Assembly (NCBI GenBank): GCA_009103225.1
Contig: RHPI01003369.1
Span: 1,516,017-1,580,016 of the forward strand
Origin: Chlorokybus atmophyticus
Taxonomy: Eukaryota; Plantae; Mesostigma and Chlorokybus algae
DNA length: 64,000 nucleotides
Direction: 5' to 3'
In this document: in pieces, positions 37,779 to 54,600 of the stretch
How the letters are laid out: each line of letters starts with the position of its first letter
How positions within the stretch are numbered: position 1 is the stretch's first letter
Notes under the pieces: model-generated
What the model saw: only the letters and a program-made list of their open reading frames with translations
What the model was told of the DNA's origin: nothing
The model's database searches: none
Made by a program: the position numbers and the translations under genes

Positions 37779-40700
37779 ATGGGGCTCATGAGCGCAGCTC
37801 GCGTGAAAAGCCTGGATTTTTACCGCAAGATACCTCGTGACCTCACTGAAGCCACCCTGCCGGGCGCAGTTATCTCGGCGACTGCTGCCGTCGCCATGGT
37901 CCTACTCTTTGTCATGGTCAGCTTATAACCATCATCGTTTCCGTGTGTTTGCGCTTGCCATGGAAGTTGCCTTTGCTCCTCTTCTTGGGCAGTCCGGATT
38001 GACCAGCCCATAATCTGCGTTGCGTGTCCTGATGGTATCCAGCTGGTTCAGCGTCTGGACTGGACTGGAGGCAGCTTGAAAACAACCAACACGGTGCATG
38101 CGTCTTGCAAGCTCTGCCCCGGTTGACTTACTTGTGCAACGCCTTAGTCTTTCTTTGGCCCTATTGTTACGTTGCTACAGCAGAGGCTATTGCCCATGTA
38201 CCGTGCACACAGACCACAGCTCAATTCGCCGTTCAATTAGTTGGCTCAGCTTGTTACTGCCTAGCTGCACTAGTTATCAACTGATGCAATCATGCATCGA
38301 AGGCACACCGATGGTCCGAAGTGGGTTTGTTGGTGGCTGTGTGCTGCAGTTGTTCAGACTAACAGTGCAGGAAGACTTTAGCATGTGGTCCGTTGAACCT
38401 GTTTTTGACAGGAACTCTCCACATACCTCTCAGTGCACACAAGCACAGCAGTCGTTGTGGATCGGAGTTTGGATGGAGATTTGCTTCGTATCAACTTCAA
38501 CATTAGGTACATGGCATTGAGAGATGGCACGCACACTCTTGCACTGAAGTCTGACAAGAGTTGACTTACTGCTGACTACTGGCAACGTATCACTGTTGCA
38601 GCTTTCCAGCATTGTCAGTTGAGTTTGCATCACTTGACGTGAGCGACACCCTAGGCACGGTGAGCACACCATTTACACGATTGCAGTTAATGTTGACTAC
38701 ATAAATCAAGGTGGTTGTAATATGAACCCATGTTCGCCCACTTCCTATGTAACATATGTTGCGGCATGCAGCATCGAATAAACTTGACGAAAACTGTGCG
38801 AAAATTCCCCATCACGAGCATGCTGGCAACTGTTGGGGGTGACGTGGGCGATCGACCACTACCGAGGGTTCTGCACGAAGACGAGGAGCTGCATGAAGAC
38901 ATTGCTGTGCAGGGCAGCGCTGTTCTCCAGCTAGACCACAGGAACTTTGACATCATACTTAAGAAGACCGCAGTCGTGCTTGTAAACTTCTATGCTCCAT
39001 GGTGCCCGTGGAGCCGCAAGCTGGAGCCGGTGTGGGAGAATGCGGGCCACTTACTATTGAAAAAGTTCCCCGCATCAGGTGCAACCATTGTGCCATGCAT
39101 GCTGCAGTTGCATGCTGGGGATCTGTTTGCATGCATGTTGGCTGATGCCGGGCTTATGCAGATGGCAGGATACGACTTGCAAAGGTGGATTGCACGGAAG
39201 AGGCATTTCTGTGCACCCAACACCACATACAAGGGTTTCCCTCCGTAAGGGTATTCCGATCCGGGCATGACGTGAAAGGATCAGAGGTGAGCGCTTCGCT
39301 GCTTGTGGGAAGGCACACAACAGTTACTGATGGTGCGCTTAGTTGCCCGTGATTTTGCTCAATCATCCATTATTCTTTCAAGTGGTGCTTGAAACATTGT
39401 ACTGGTGTACCTGGTTGAAGGGCATTTACCTAACTCAGCAACTGGCACTACCTGACAGCAAGGCGACCATGAACACGAATCCTATCATGGGGCGCGAACA
39501 AGTGAGGCAATCTTGGCTTATGCAGAGTCTCTAGTGCCAGTCCCAGAGCGACGACAAGCCCTGGAGTCTACCAAGGTCAGCCAAGGCACTGTCGCTTGTG
39601 ATCTAAGACGACACATCATGTTCGTGTTGTGGCTTTGGAAGTGTGAGCAACAGTGCAAACAATCGCACATGCAAAGCAGCAGGATGACACCAAGAAGGAG
39701 CTGCAACAAGCTGTGCAGCCAGCGCCAATCGCCCCTGGATGCCGATTGGAAGGCTTTGTTCTTGTTAAAAAGGTCAGAATGGTCCCTCACTGGTGTGTTT
39801 GTGAAGTGCGTGTGTTGCCACAGGTATAATGATTCTGTTCCATGCCAGGTACCCGGCAATCTGGTTGTCACAGCGCACTCCACATATCATTCCTTTGAGA
39901 AGGAGTCAATGAACCTCAGCCATGGTGGGTTTCTCTTGATTTTGTACTGCGTGTGGTGTGCAGTACTTGCTGCAACTCAGATTTGACAATCGCTGTCCTT
40001 TGCAGTTGTGCACCATTTGTCGTTTGGCCGAAAGCTGTCCGATGAACATTTACATGACGTCGAGCACTTGATGCCTGAGATGCGGGGCAAGAAGCTATGG
40101 GCGGACAGGTTGGAGGATGCACGCTTCACGTCTCAGGAGACGAACGTGACGCATGAGCATTACTTGCAGGTGCTTTGTTAATGTGCCCTCGTATGCTTGC
40201 GTGGTGCAGGCAAACCGCCCTCAAGACTTGCTGTGCAGGTGATCTTGACCACAGTGGAGACGCGATCTGGCGCTCGGCATAACGCATACGAGTACACTGC
40301 TCACAGCCACAGTTACGAAGCAACCGAGCTGCCTATTGCGAAGTTTTCCTATGACCCTTCCCCATTTCAGGTACCATGCACGCAGCAAGGGTACGCCGTG
40401 TGACACACTACATCGCTCCCTGCCTAATAAAGGCTGTCATATGACTGCTGCTGTATCTGTTGTACGCTCACGTGGTATGCTGACATGCTGTACTGCAGGT
40501 GGTTGTGACCGAAGAGCGGCGCAAGTTTTCACACTTCATCACCAACATGTGTGCCATCATTGGTGGCGTCTTCACGGTATGGTCTCCTCAAGGCAGTCGT
40601 TCTCCCCCCCCCCCCCACGTTGAANCGCTCACGTGGTATGCTGACATGCTGTACTGCAGGTGGTTGTGACCGAAGAGCGGCGCAAGTTTTCACACTTCAT

Positions 40701-40910
40701 CACCAACATGTGTGCCATCATTGGTGGCGTCTTCACGGTATGGTCTCCTCAAGGCAGTCGTTCTCCCCCCCCCCCCCCACGTTGAACACGCAGTGCGTAT
40801 AGAATGCTGACCGTGGTTGTGCTCGTGTGCAGGTAGCTGGCATTGCAGACTCTGTAGTGTACAACACCGTGACACTGTATAAGAAGCTAGAGCTGGGCAA
40901 GCAGCATTGA
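37779..40910 (+). CDS. PDIL5-4: PDI-C / PDIL5-4-type protein (ERGIC_N + thioredoxin + COPII-coated ERV domain); spliced
   Basis: SLDFYRKIPRDLTEATLPGA, LRINFNISFPALSCEFASLDVSDTLG, VNFYAPWCPWS, RLAKVDCT, HEHESYHG, VPGNLVVTAHS, KFSYDPSPFQV and FSHFITNMCAIIGGVFTVAGI...KKLELGKQH*. Confidence 0.92.
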
Positions 40911-43900
40911 TAGAACCGGAGCGCAGGCAGTGAGCATGGCTCAACGTTGTACTGGAGGTGATTGAATATGATTTGTTGTTGTCATTTGTAGAGTCAGAAA
41001 CCGTGCATACAAGCAGCACGTGCCCGCTATCACAGCTTCATTGCCTGTTGATCCACAAGGTTGTGTTGATCCAATGTGGTGTGACGTCATCCTTTGTGAC
41101 TTATTGGACGGTTGTTAAAGCCTGTGCGCGCCAAGACGCCATCCAGCAATCACAGATGATTGGAACTTATCTCTTCAAACTGGTCATACTACCTTCCATA
41201 CAATGTCAGATGACGAGCTACCCCAAATTGAGTACTCTGCCAAACCCTTCCTGACTGGCCTTGTTTGTAACAAATGTATAACAATAGTTCATTGTATGGG
41301 TACCATGCATAACAATACGTGCCACACAGTTGCGCACGTGCAAACTCTGCCAACTTGACCGCCAAGGCAAGGAGGCCTTTCTGCTCTGGGTCATGATCAA
41401 GAGTGCCGTGCAGCTGCCTGGAAACATTGTTGAAGTGAATGCAATCTTTATCCTAGGTTGCATTGTACTGTATGCAATACAAGCAACCTACACCCGCAAC
41501 CACAACCTGCGGCAATGAGCCTATCTGAGGGGATGAGGAGACCGCATGTGCATCGCAGTGCAGTATGAAGAAACGCAATGCGGCATTTTGGCACTTGATA
41601 GTGAGCGACTACCAATTACACACACACCCATACGCTTTATACAGTAGTGTACTGTATTGTAGCAGCTAGCAACAAGCCATAGCACTGACACACAGTAATC
41701 TTATGCGCACTGACTGCTGGTGCAAGCCCTGGACTGCCAGCTGTCACAGCTGCAGAGAGCAGTACTCCAACCAATTATATTGTTGTTGACTGACGCTGAC
41801 TGAGCGCACATCAGCAACACCAACGTCCACAAAAGTATTTCTTCAATGTAACCCACGCGAACTAATTGGACCGCCATGCAAACTAATACAGCACATAATA
41901 CATCTTGCTTCACTACCAGGCTGCTCCGGATTGTACATGTAGCGCCAAACGCTAGCCACCATCATACTGACTTATGCAGCGGAAGCACCTTAAGAGCACC
42001 GTAAGACCTGCAACATCCAGCATAAGGCACATACACATCTACTTAGAGTCAGGTGTGACGCAACTTGCTTTCCTCAGTTCAGGTCTCCAGAGTTTTCCGC
42101 AGTGTCTAAGACGTTGGTAGAACGAAAGTATATGGTATTCATCATTGGAAAGCTTCCTTGATGTGACACACAGCAGGCAGTGACTGACAGGAGAGACAAT
42201 GTACCTGTCGGCGTGTGACTGCAAGGCAGGCATCCAGCTCACCGTCTCCATGTGGTGCCTGCAACAAGCATAATGTTTGGCAACAAGATTGGGTTGTAAT
42301 GACCAAACAACACATCATGCAACTGACACAAGGTCATCGTCAGAACTGAAAGTTGCTCTCATCCACAGCTGTTGCTGTGTAGGAAGGTGTCCTAAGATCA
42401 GTAGTAGCTCATCACTCGATAACCACAGACACAGCAATTACAGACAAGGGGTCAGAAAGAACGCAGTGAGTTTGTTTAATCACAGAAAATCATTTCAAGT
42501 GTTGGAAACTTGTTTCTTCATTCCCCTTGAAAGCCATGCACAAAGGCACCAGGTATACCAAGGCGAGATGCACAGCTTCATGGGCGCACCTTATGTACAG
42601 CTTCACTGCTGTTGATGGTCAGTCAGCCAGCTGATTGCGGCATAATCTCTGAGAACAAAAGAAACAATGTCAACCATTCGTTGCTAATAACGACTCAGAA
42701 CAGACTCAAATAGCTTGTCAAGGAGTCAGAAAAACCCGCTAGTGTTTGAAATCATTGAGAACTCATTTCAAGTGTTGGAATGTTTTATCCTCACTCCCCT
42801 TGCCAACCAACCATTTAAGTGGCTATGTGCATACAAGCAAAGCGTTGGGTGTCTTAAGCGTTGCCTGCTTGATTGTTGCTCTTATCGCAGCACCATCCGA
42901 CGACAAAGTACTTCGGATGCCTGCACAGAGCAGCATAGCTTAAGGGAATAGATTGTAGAAAAGGTGCGATTGAAGGCGTGCCTAAGATCAAATGTTGCAA
43001 TGCGATTGGGCTCGCATTCACATATCATGCGTCCCACCCAAGCATGGCTGTTCAGCTGTCCGCAACTACAGGGACGAGTCATTCCAAAGCTGAAGCATCA
43101 GCTGCCAAGCCCGTACGGAGAAACTAGTTGCGGATATCATGTAGACAAAATGCGACGATAGACTGTGCATGCACACACAGCTGCGCATCTTCTCAGCAAT
43201 TACAGAGAGGTTTGTCCGCACAGCCCGGAGGCAATCGGAATTAGCATGGTGTAATAATGACATCACAGAAGAAAACCACGCAGCTGACGTGCGCGAGGGC
43301 TAACTATCATCAACAAAGCAAAGCCCGAAAGCAGGCAGCAGGCCATCAGTCCTATCGATCGGTCGCCATGTGCGCCTTTGCGCGTACGGTCTCAAAGATT
43401 AACCATCATCGGCCAAAGCTGCTCGCAAAGCTGCTGCTCACATGCAAGCAGCAGCCAACGCGCATGCTCAAGCAAGCCACGCACTTGCCAACATGCAAAG
43501 CAGCATAGCGAGCAAAGTACCTCAAAGCAGCTTTTAGAGACCTAGCACCATGCTTGAGAGCTGTCACGCCGTAGCTCAACTTTCCTTGGCCTCAGCCCTC
43601 AGCCGTCGCCTGGTCTTGGCTCAAGGCGTCTCCTCCCATTGCAGGCTAGCCGCCCATGCGGCCCAGATGGGCTTTGACAACCGCAGGCCGCTGTGACAGC
43701 GCCTTTGGTGACATATTGTCGTGCATGTCAACGACAATGCCTACGACAGCGGCGGCAACGGCGGCGCCGCCACCCCAACAGCGACGGCCGCCGCCTCTTA
43801 CTCCCAGCGGGGCTTGCGGCTGTTTATATACACTTCGCTGGTAACTTACAAGTGGTAAGCCCCAATTCCAAACAAGGCAATGCCCGCCAGTGCGTTGATC

Positions 43901-44467
43901 CGGCAAGCCGCAGTGCGCAGCTCTGGCCTCGAGTAGTCTTAGCGCAGCCAATAATGCACACTGCGCCGTGCGGGCAATCAGCGCACACGGGCAGCAAGAG
44001 CTTGCTTTGCTTGATGAGTAGGGGTTAATGCATGCATTCATGCATACTTAACGAGAAGTGGCAGTGTGGAAGACGTTTGCAGCTTCCGTCCCGGAGAACT
44101 TCCACGCGCACTGCGGCGGCGGCGGCGGCGGCGTGTGACTCGTCCAGCCCGGCGTTTATCCGAACGACCTCGTGGACGTCGCCGACGCGCTTGACTGTGG
44201 TTGTCCTGGCATACAGTTGGTAAGCATTGTTCCGGTCAACTACTCAGCATTGAGAGGTGCGCCACCGCCTTCAGCCGGAACGGCCCAGAGAAGACTAGCG
44301 TGTGTTATTGGCCTGACGGGTTGAAGTGGCTTTGTCTAGCTCAATTGTGCGCTGCGACGACGAGAGGAGTGCACAGCTAGCCGACTGCTTAATTGACTCG
44401 CCCGACATTGTTCGTGCACTGTTAGGCTAGCTTAGGTAGTTTGGAGGTGGATTGGCTGGTAGCAGCC

Positions 44468-48162
<3,695 letters not shown>

Positions 48163-49029
48163 GAGCACACTGCCAAAGCGATTTTGGACGCCTAGGTTGA
48201 GGAGTTGGTATCTGCATGGGCAATGCGTCTAGTAGTGCAAACATGCATGGTGACTCTTTCTGGCTGAGGCAAAGCTCAGCTCTATCTTGGTCAGCTTGCA
48301 GCGTACATTGGACTTCAGCGTAAGGTTCTTTGCCTGACCTATGCAATAACGCACGACTATCGACTCGCATGCCGTTGCACTGCATCCCCCCCACTTCCTG
48401 GTTGTTGTCATGTCCCTCCCTCTCCTTGCTTTGCAACCCAGTACTGTGCTGCATTGCACGCATGCACAAGGTAGTGGAGTATGAGTAGGTGAGGTGGAGA
48501 GCTATGCCCTTGACCTGGCGCCTTGCCTTGCGTTGCCAGGGTTGAGATCTATTAGGGTGTTGAATAGTATGCTTGAAAGGTGGCAGTACAGTCCCTTTGC
48601 ATGCATTTCATCACCTTTCGCCTACGTCTAGGGTAAATAGAGGGGCCCGGAATAGTAGTAGTCATGGAATCCAAGCATACATATAAGATTACAAGGGAGT
48701 GCTTATATGTCAGTGATGCATCTCGCGTCTCATACAGCACTTCACACTTGCTGTACAACTCATGCATACCATTTGCAGTTGACAATTTTCTCATATGATG
48801 TTGAAATGAAGAAATTGTGGTGTTATGAGACTTGTTTTAAAGAACGCTCGATTGACTTCAGAAAACATATTTTACAAGGATTGTAAGAATGATGCAAAGT
48901 GATCGGTTGATATCTTGCACCTGTTAGTGTTCAATGGCGATGTCCATGTTGCACATATATTGCACATATATCATACTCTGCGTCTACTAATATTACGGTA
49001 TTCCCTATTATACCCTATGCATGTTTTGC

Positions 49030-50030
49030 ACATTGATTAGCACAAGTCCGAAAGCCTTATGGTACAATTAAGCTTCTCTTTTAACTGTGGCATCAATTGT
49101 AATTCATGTGTGCAACGTTGCACATGACTCTTTTTATCCAATGCACGGTACCATTGACATGTATCATGTCGTACAAAAAGTTCACACCCTAGGTAGGTCA
49201 TTGACAAGCAACAGTGTGCGCCCCACAGTGGGGAGTAGCTGTTGTCCTGAAGCTGTGCCAAACGCAAGTACTGCTACGGTCAAGTGCCACATTGCTGATG
49301 CTCTCACAACTCTTTTTGAGTATGTAACCTCTATGTCAGCACTGCAGGAGACCAGTTGCATCAACAAGCTATAGGGATTCCCATGGGCAACAATGTAGGG
49401 GTTTACCTTGCGAATTGCTCTTTGGGTAAAAAGGAACTTACATTAATTCATGATCTTAGGGCACAAGGCCTCACGGAACTTCTGGCCAAGTGGTGCATGT
49501 CGGTGCGGAGGTATGTGGATGATGTCCTTGTCATAAACTGCCTTGATGATGTCATGTATGAGGGGGGGACTACTTTGGGTGAAGGCATCTACCCACAACG
49601 GACACCAACGCTGACATGGTCCGCACTTGGTACCTCAATTACTAAGTAGTACTTCTTGGACATTGTTCCAAACTAATGACGTGGGCCTATGTTGACGGGT
49701 CTACCGCAAGCTGAATGATCTTTAATTTGCGGGTATCCCACGGAGACGTGCTCCGCACCCAGCAACCAACATGGCATCACATGCTAAGTTGGGGGTGGTT
49801 GTGTCCCAGTGTATACGCTTTCTGCGCTTGAGTACTTACAGAGCTTATTTCCAAAGAGATATGGCTGCATTGTTAACTGCAATTCAAGGCGAGGGGTACT
49901 CTAAGAGCGCCCTCACTGTCAAATTACGACGATGGACGACAACAGACCACGACGTGTGTACAACACCACCTACCAGTACATGTTCAACTTGGTGTGCTCA
50001 CGTCGGGATGCTATGCGTGAGAGGGCATAG
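49030..50030 (+). mobile_element. Decayed Penelope-like retroelement RT, Naiad/Chlamys-type
   Basis: GIPMGNNVGVYLAN..L..KE (49374), RRYVDDVL (49509), *YFLDI, and VYRKLNDL*F...PHPATNM...LGVVVSQCIRFLRLS...F...EGYS. Contains in-frame stops and frameshifts. Boundaries are approximate. Confidence 0.75.
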
Positions 50031-50992
50031 CCATCAACAACAAAAAGCTAAGTCAGGTAAGTGAGAGGTAAGTGAGTGTGGGGATCGGCAGCAGCTGCTT
50101 GCATGTATGTCACAGGGCTATCTGGTTGTGTTGGGATTAATGCATATGGTGATGTAATGTGATACTCTGCTGGCTAACTGCCATGGCACTCATGACCAGC
50201 ATGCTATGAGTCTATGCTACTGGTTGTCTAACAGGCATAAACGGCCTTTTTGACTCAAAATGTCTGCTTCAGCTGCAGTGCCTGCTTGGGTCTCTAATAA
50301 ATTGCGTGCCAGTGGCTTTAATAGGACCGAAACAATTGACAAAAGGGCTGGCGGCGGCATTCTTGCGAGAGGGGACCAAGCAGTTGTCGTCTAAGTCAGA
50401 GTCGTGCATGCTACAACCTTTAAATTTCATGCCCCTCATATCTCCCTCGAATGCGTCCATGTTCTCTGTACGTGGTTGCACTATATATCCTCTGATGTTG
50501 TTGCTGCCTGAGAGTGTAGTGTACTTGAAGTTCTAGGGGCTGCATGCAGTTGGGTTGCTTAAACAACTCTCTCTTGGCCCCCCAGGCGGCGCCTAATTAT
50601 GTGCTTGCTGTTGTGTTGATTGCCATGTATGCCTTGCATGCTTGCACTCTGCACACACACTCTTTGAGCGTGCCTAGCGCAGCTCGTATTTGATATATGT
50701 AATCATCCAACGTGCATTGCATGTGATGAATATGCATGGCTTTGCTTTATGGTCACAACACCCCATGCGCACGTGTTATTATCGCACTATAATAAGATAA
50801 GGGATGGGTCGACAAACGCACCAACACATAGCTTGAACAATTTTAGAGGTTCCTGCTAAATTTTACCCAAAGCTAAGTGCATGCATTGACATTAAAATGG
50901 CATGATGAGTATCACACTTATATTATAAGCAAGTGACAGGGAGAGCTTTTGTGTGATACTTATCATCTAATTGTGTAAGAGTGCATGGCGCC

Positions 50993-51662
50993 TGTCACGG
51001 TGCTCGTGCCTTGCCACCTGTGAGTTGGTCCAATCAACAACCCTCTCACCAAGACACGGTATTCACACCGGAACCTTGCCCCCTCTGCCAAGCACACACG
51101 CGCGCCCCGCCACTCGCATACGCACGCGCATGCGCTCAAAGCTACACACCGACTTGTGTAGCGCCTTGGATCGTCACACAAGCAAGCACACACTAGTGGA
51201 CATACGCTAGCAACCCCGGCTAACCACCACCAGGCTTGCACACAAGAAACCAGGGAGCTAAAGGTTGTATTGCAGATTGTAGAATGTCACTTTTATACCT
51301 ACCAGTCTGCACATGCTACTGCCTAGACGATTTTAGCGCTAGACGGAACTACAAGCTAAGATATTCTTGCAGCATCTTGTAGTACACTTCTAGACCTTTC
51401 CGACGCACAAAAGATCTCCTCATTTGCTGCTCATATGGTCAAGTTATACTACTTGGCGCCAGGCCCTTCCAGAAATCTGGTCGAGCCCTTCTCGACTGGC
51501 CCTCCGTTTTCTGGCGTCTTCCACACTGGCCCTGGGCCGGTCGATTTCTGCGGCAGACTCGCAACTTGCCGATATCCGCCACAAGTCATGAAAAACATGA
51601 TATCTCACAAATAAGGCCTAAAATGACCATGAAAATCACGAAATTTAGCCTTGACTGTTATA
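50993..51662 (-). repeat. 3' LTR (670 bp)
   Basis: Direct repeat of 56213-56879. On the element strand it reads TA...CA (the canonical TG is mutated to TA). Confidence 0.95.
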
Positions 51663-54600
51663 CTCCTCCCCCCGTAGGTGAGCTTCGTCCTTGAAGCTCG
51701 CAAGGATGTCGTTGAGGTAGTCACGCACAACGTCTTGAGCATTAGCCAAGTGTGCCTCTGGCTCCCAAGATGCTTCATGCAATGGATAGCCCTTCCATTT
51801 CACTAAAAACTTGCGCACGCCATGCACAAACTTCTCACCAAGGATGTCTTCTACCTCCCACTCTGATTCACCATCCGTGCCAACTTCGGGGGGCGGCCTT
51901 TCCGGCGGTTGTCCTTAATATGCTTTCAGAAGGGAGACGTGAAAAACGGGGTGCACACGCATGGTGTCGGGTAGCTCCAGCTTGTACGCCACGTTCGAAG
52001 TAACTTTGTTGACCGTAAATGGTCCCAACGAGCGTTTATTTGGCTTGCAAACTCCCGTACGCACCTGTACATGCTTCGCGGAGAGTAACACAATGTCGCC
52101 TTCCTGAAATGTGAGGTGTCGGCGATGCGCGTCCGTGTACTGCTTCTGCCTGTTTTGTGCCACCAATAGCGCCTCCCTAGCTGCCTTATTAATGTCCGCG
52201 CACTTTGTGAGGAAGTCCTTAACTGCCTCCATACGCATGTCATGTCATCGCGGTGTCCATGCCGTCAACGGTGTCAATTGATGTTGCCCGTAGTTCATAA
52301 GGAGGGGAGTGACACCTGTGCTGTCATTGTGGTGGTTGTTGATCGCAAACTCCACCAACTCAAGCAGCTCCACCCAATTGTTGTATCGCGCGTTAACGTA
52401 GCAACGCAGCATGTCCTCAATCACACGGTTGGCCCGCTCCGTTTGCCCATCGGTTTGCGGGTGGAATGCCGTGCTAAACTTCTGTGTGGTACCCAGTGCA
52501 CTATGCAGCGCCTCCCAAAACTTACTTGTAAAGCGCGGGTCGCGATCACTCATAATGCTGCGTGGTAATCCACGAGAACGAAACACATGCTTTACGAACA
52601 AGCGTGCTGCCTCCGGTGCCGTGCAACACTCACCACACGAAGCAAAGCGTACCATTTTGCTGATTTTATCGACAAACACAAGTATAGCGTCGTACCCTTA
52701 TTTTGTCTTTGGTAGCCCCGTGATAAAGTCCATGGTAACTTGCTCCCACTTGGACAATGGCACAGGGAGAGGTTGCAGCAACCCATCTGGCTCTTGGTTG
52801 CTTGCCTTCACCCTTTGGCATGCGTCGCACAACGCCATGTAGTCGCGCACATCGCGAAGCATCTCTCGCTAGTAAAAACGATGCTTCAAGCTTGCCAAAG
52901 TCCTCTCTATCCCTTGGTGACCAGCAATGGGCACGTCATGAGCTTCCTTTAGCAACTTTACACGGATATGCGCGACGTTGGGGATGTACAAGCGCCCTTG
53001 GTGCCATAGCAGCCTGTCGCGCATTGACCAATGCCCACTTGTATCCGTAGCTGCACTTTCCAGCTCTTGTAACACTTTCATACCCTCCGTGTCTTCACGA
53101 AGCACTTGCCAAATCTGGTCCGTCCACTCGGGCTGCACTTGAGCGAGTGCCTCCATTGCATTAAGCCGGCTCAGCGCGTCAGCAACACCATTTGACGTAC
53201 CGGGCTTGTGCTTGATATCGAAGTCAAAAAGTTAAAAGAACTCCAGCCATCGTGCTTGTCTGCGACTTAGATGAGGTTGTGTTTGTAAGTTCCTCAATGG
53301 AGAATGATCCGTCTCAAGCACGATCTTTTTGCCTTCCAGAAAACAACGCCATTGTCGTAGCGCCATTACTTGCGCCAAAAGTTCCTTCTCGTGCACGGGG
53401 TAATTCAGCTCCGCACCACTCATCTTCTTGCTGAAGAATGCTACTGGTTGAAGGTCGTTGCCATGGTCTTGCTGCAAAACAGCTCCTACAGACGCGTCGC
53501 AACCCAAAATAAATGTTTTCCATGTCGGGGTGAGCCTGGACTGGTGCCTCTGTCAGCTCCTTTTTCAACGCAGCAAAGCATGCATGTTCCTCTGTTGCTG
53601 ACCAGCTCCAAGGCTTTCCCTTCTTGAGTAGGGCAGTCAAGGGAGCAGCTATGCTCGAAAACCCCATGATGAACTTGTGATAATACCCCGCAAGGCCTAA
53701 AAAAGACACCACCTCCTTTACGTTGGTCGGGGAAACCCACTCGCGCACCACTTGCATTTTGTTGGGGTCCGGCTTGATGACTTCATACGACACGATGTGG
53801 CATACGTACTCCACCTCTTAAAGCAAGAATTTGCATTTTTGTAGCTGAGCGTACAACTTGTGTTCGCGCAAACGCTGCAACACGCGCCGTAGAAGTGCCA
53901 CGTGCTCCTCCTTTGTCTTCGCGTACACCAAAATGTCGTCAAGGTACACGAGGACTCCCTTGCTAATCAAGTCAGCAAAAATTCTGCACATCCTCGGGCG
54001 CGATGCGGATTTGGTGATAACCTCCAGCGAGATATATAAACTGTAGTGAAGTACTGCGCACCTTGTAATTGCTCCAGCAGCTCGTCGATATGTGGGAGTG
54101 GAAAGCAATTCCTCTTCGTGATGTTGTTGAGGGCTCGGTAGTCGACGCACATGCGCAAGCTCCCGTTCTTCTTTCGTACAAACAAAATAGGTGCACCATA
54201 AGGGGACTTACCAGGCTTGATGTAGCCTCTTTTCAGCAACTCCGCAACTTGCCTCTCGGCCTCCTCCAGCTCCAAAAGGTGACAACTTGTATATGGGTCG
54301 ATACGGTGGCTTGCACGCCCTCAATCAGCTCCACACGGTGGTCTACGCTCCATGGAGATGGTAGACCAGATGGAAGTCCGTCCACCATGATATCTTGGTA
54401 TTCTTTAACAAGTTTACACACCTCGGGGTCCATCGTAGCCGTGTTAACATCGTCACTCAGCTCCGGTGCTGACTTTGCAGTGTTTTCGCGCACCACGCAC
54501 AGCCATGCAGCCTTTGCCTTCCGTGGAGACAATATTTTCCTCAATTGCACATAAGAGATCTGGTTAATTGTCGTACCACTTTGAATGACTCTACCGTTTT

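Noticed and set aside
38990-39010. CxxS (WCPWS) instead of CxxC in the thioredoxin domain
   Set aside because: CxxS is known in plant PDI-C isoforms, so it is not novel.
40465-40786. Apparent tandem duplication of a PDI-C exon (VVVTEERRKFSHFITNMCAIIGGVFT twice)
   Set aside because: The two copies are identical apart from C-run length and are joined by a single N at 40625, the signature of a scaffold overlap artefact.
43665-43860. Frame with two in-frame TGA codons (possible selenoprotein)
   Set aside because: No Cys-homolog context or recognisable SECIS; stops in a non-coding frame are the simpler explanation.
50290-50335. Possible decayed hammerhead ribozyme (ctaataa...ggaccgaaac) downstream of the PLE relic
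   Set aside because: The core CUGAUGA needs two substitutions and no convincing stem II pairing is present.
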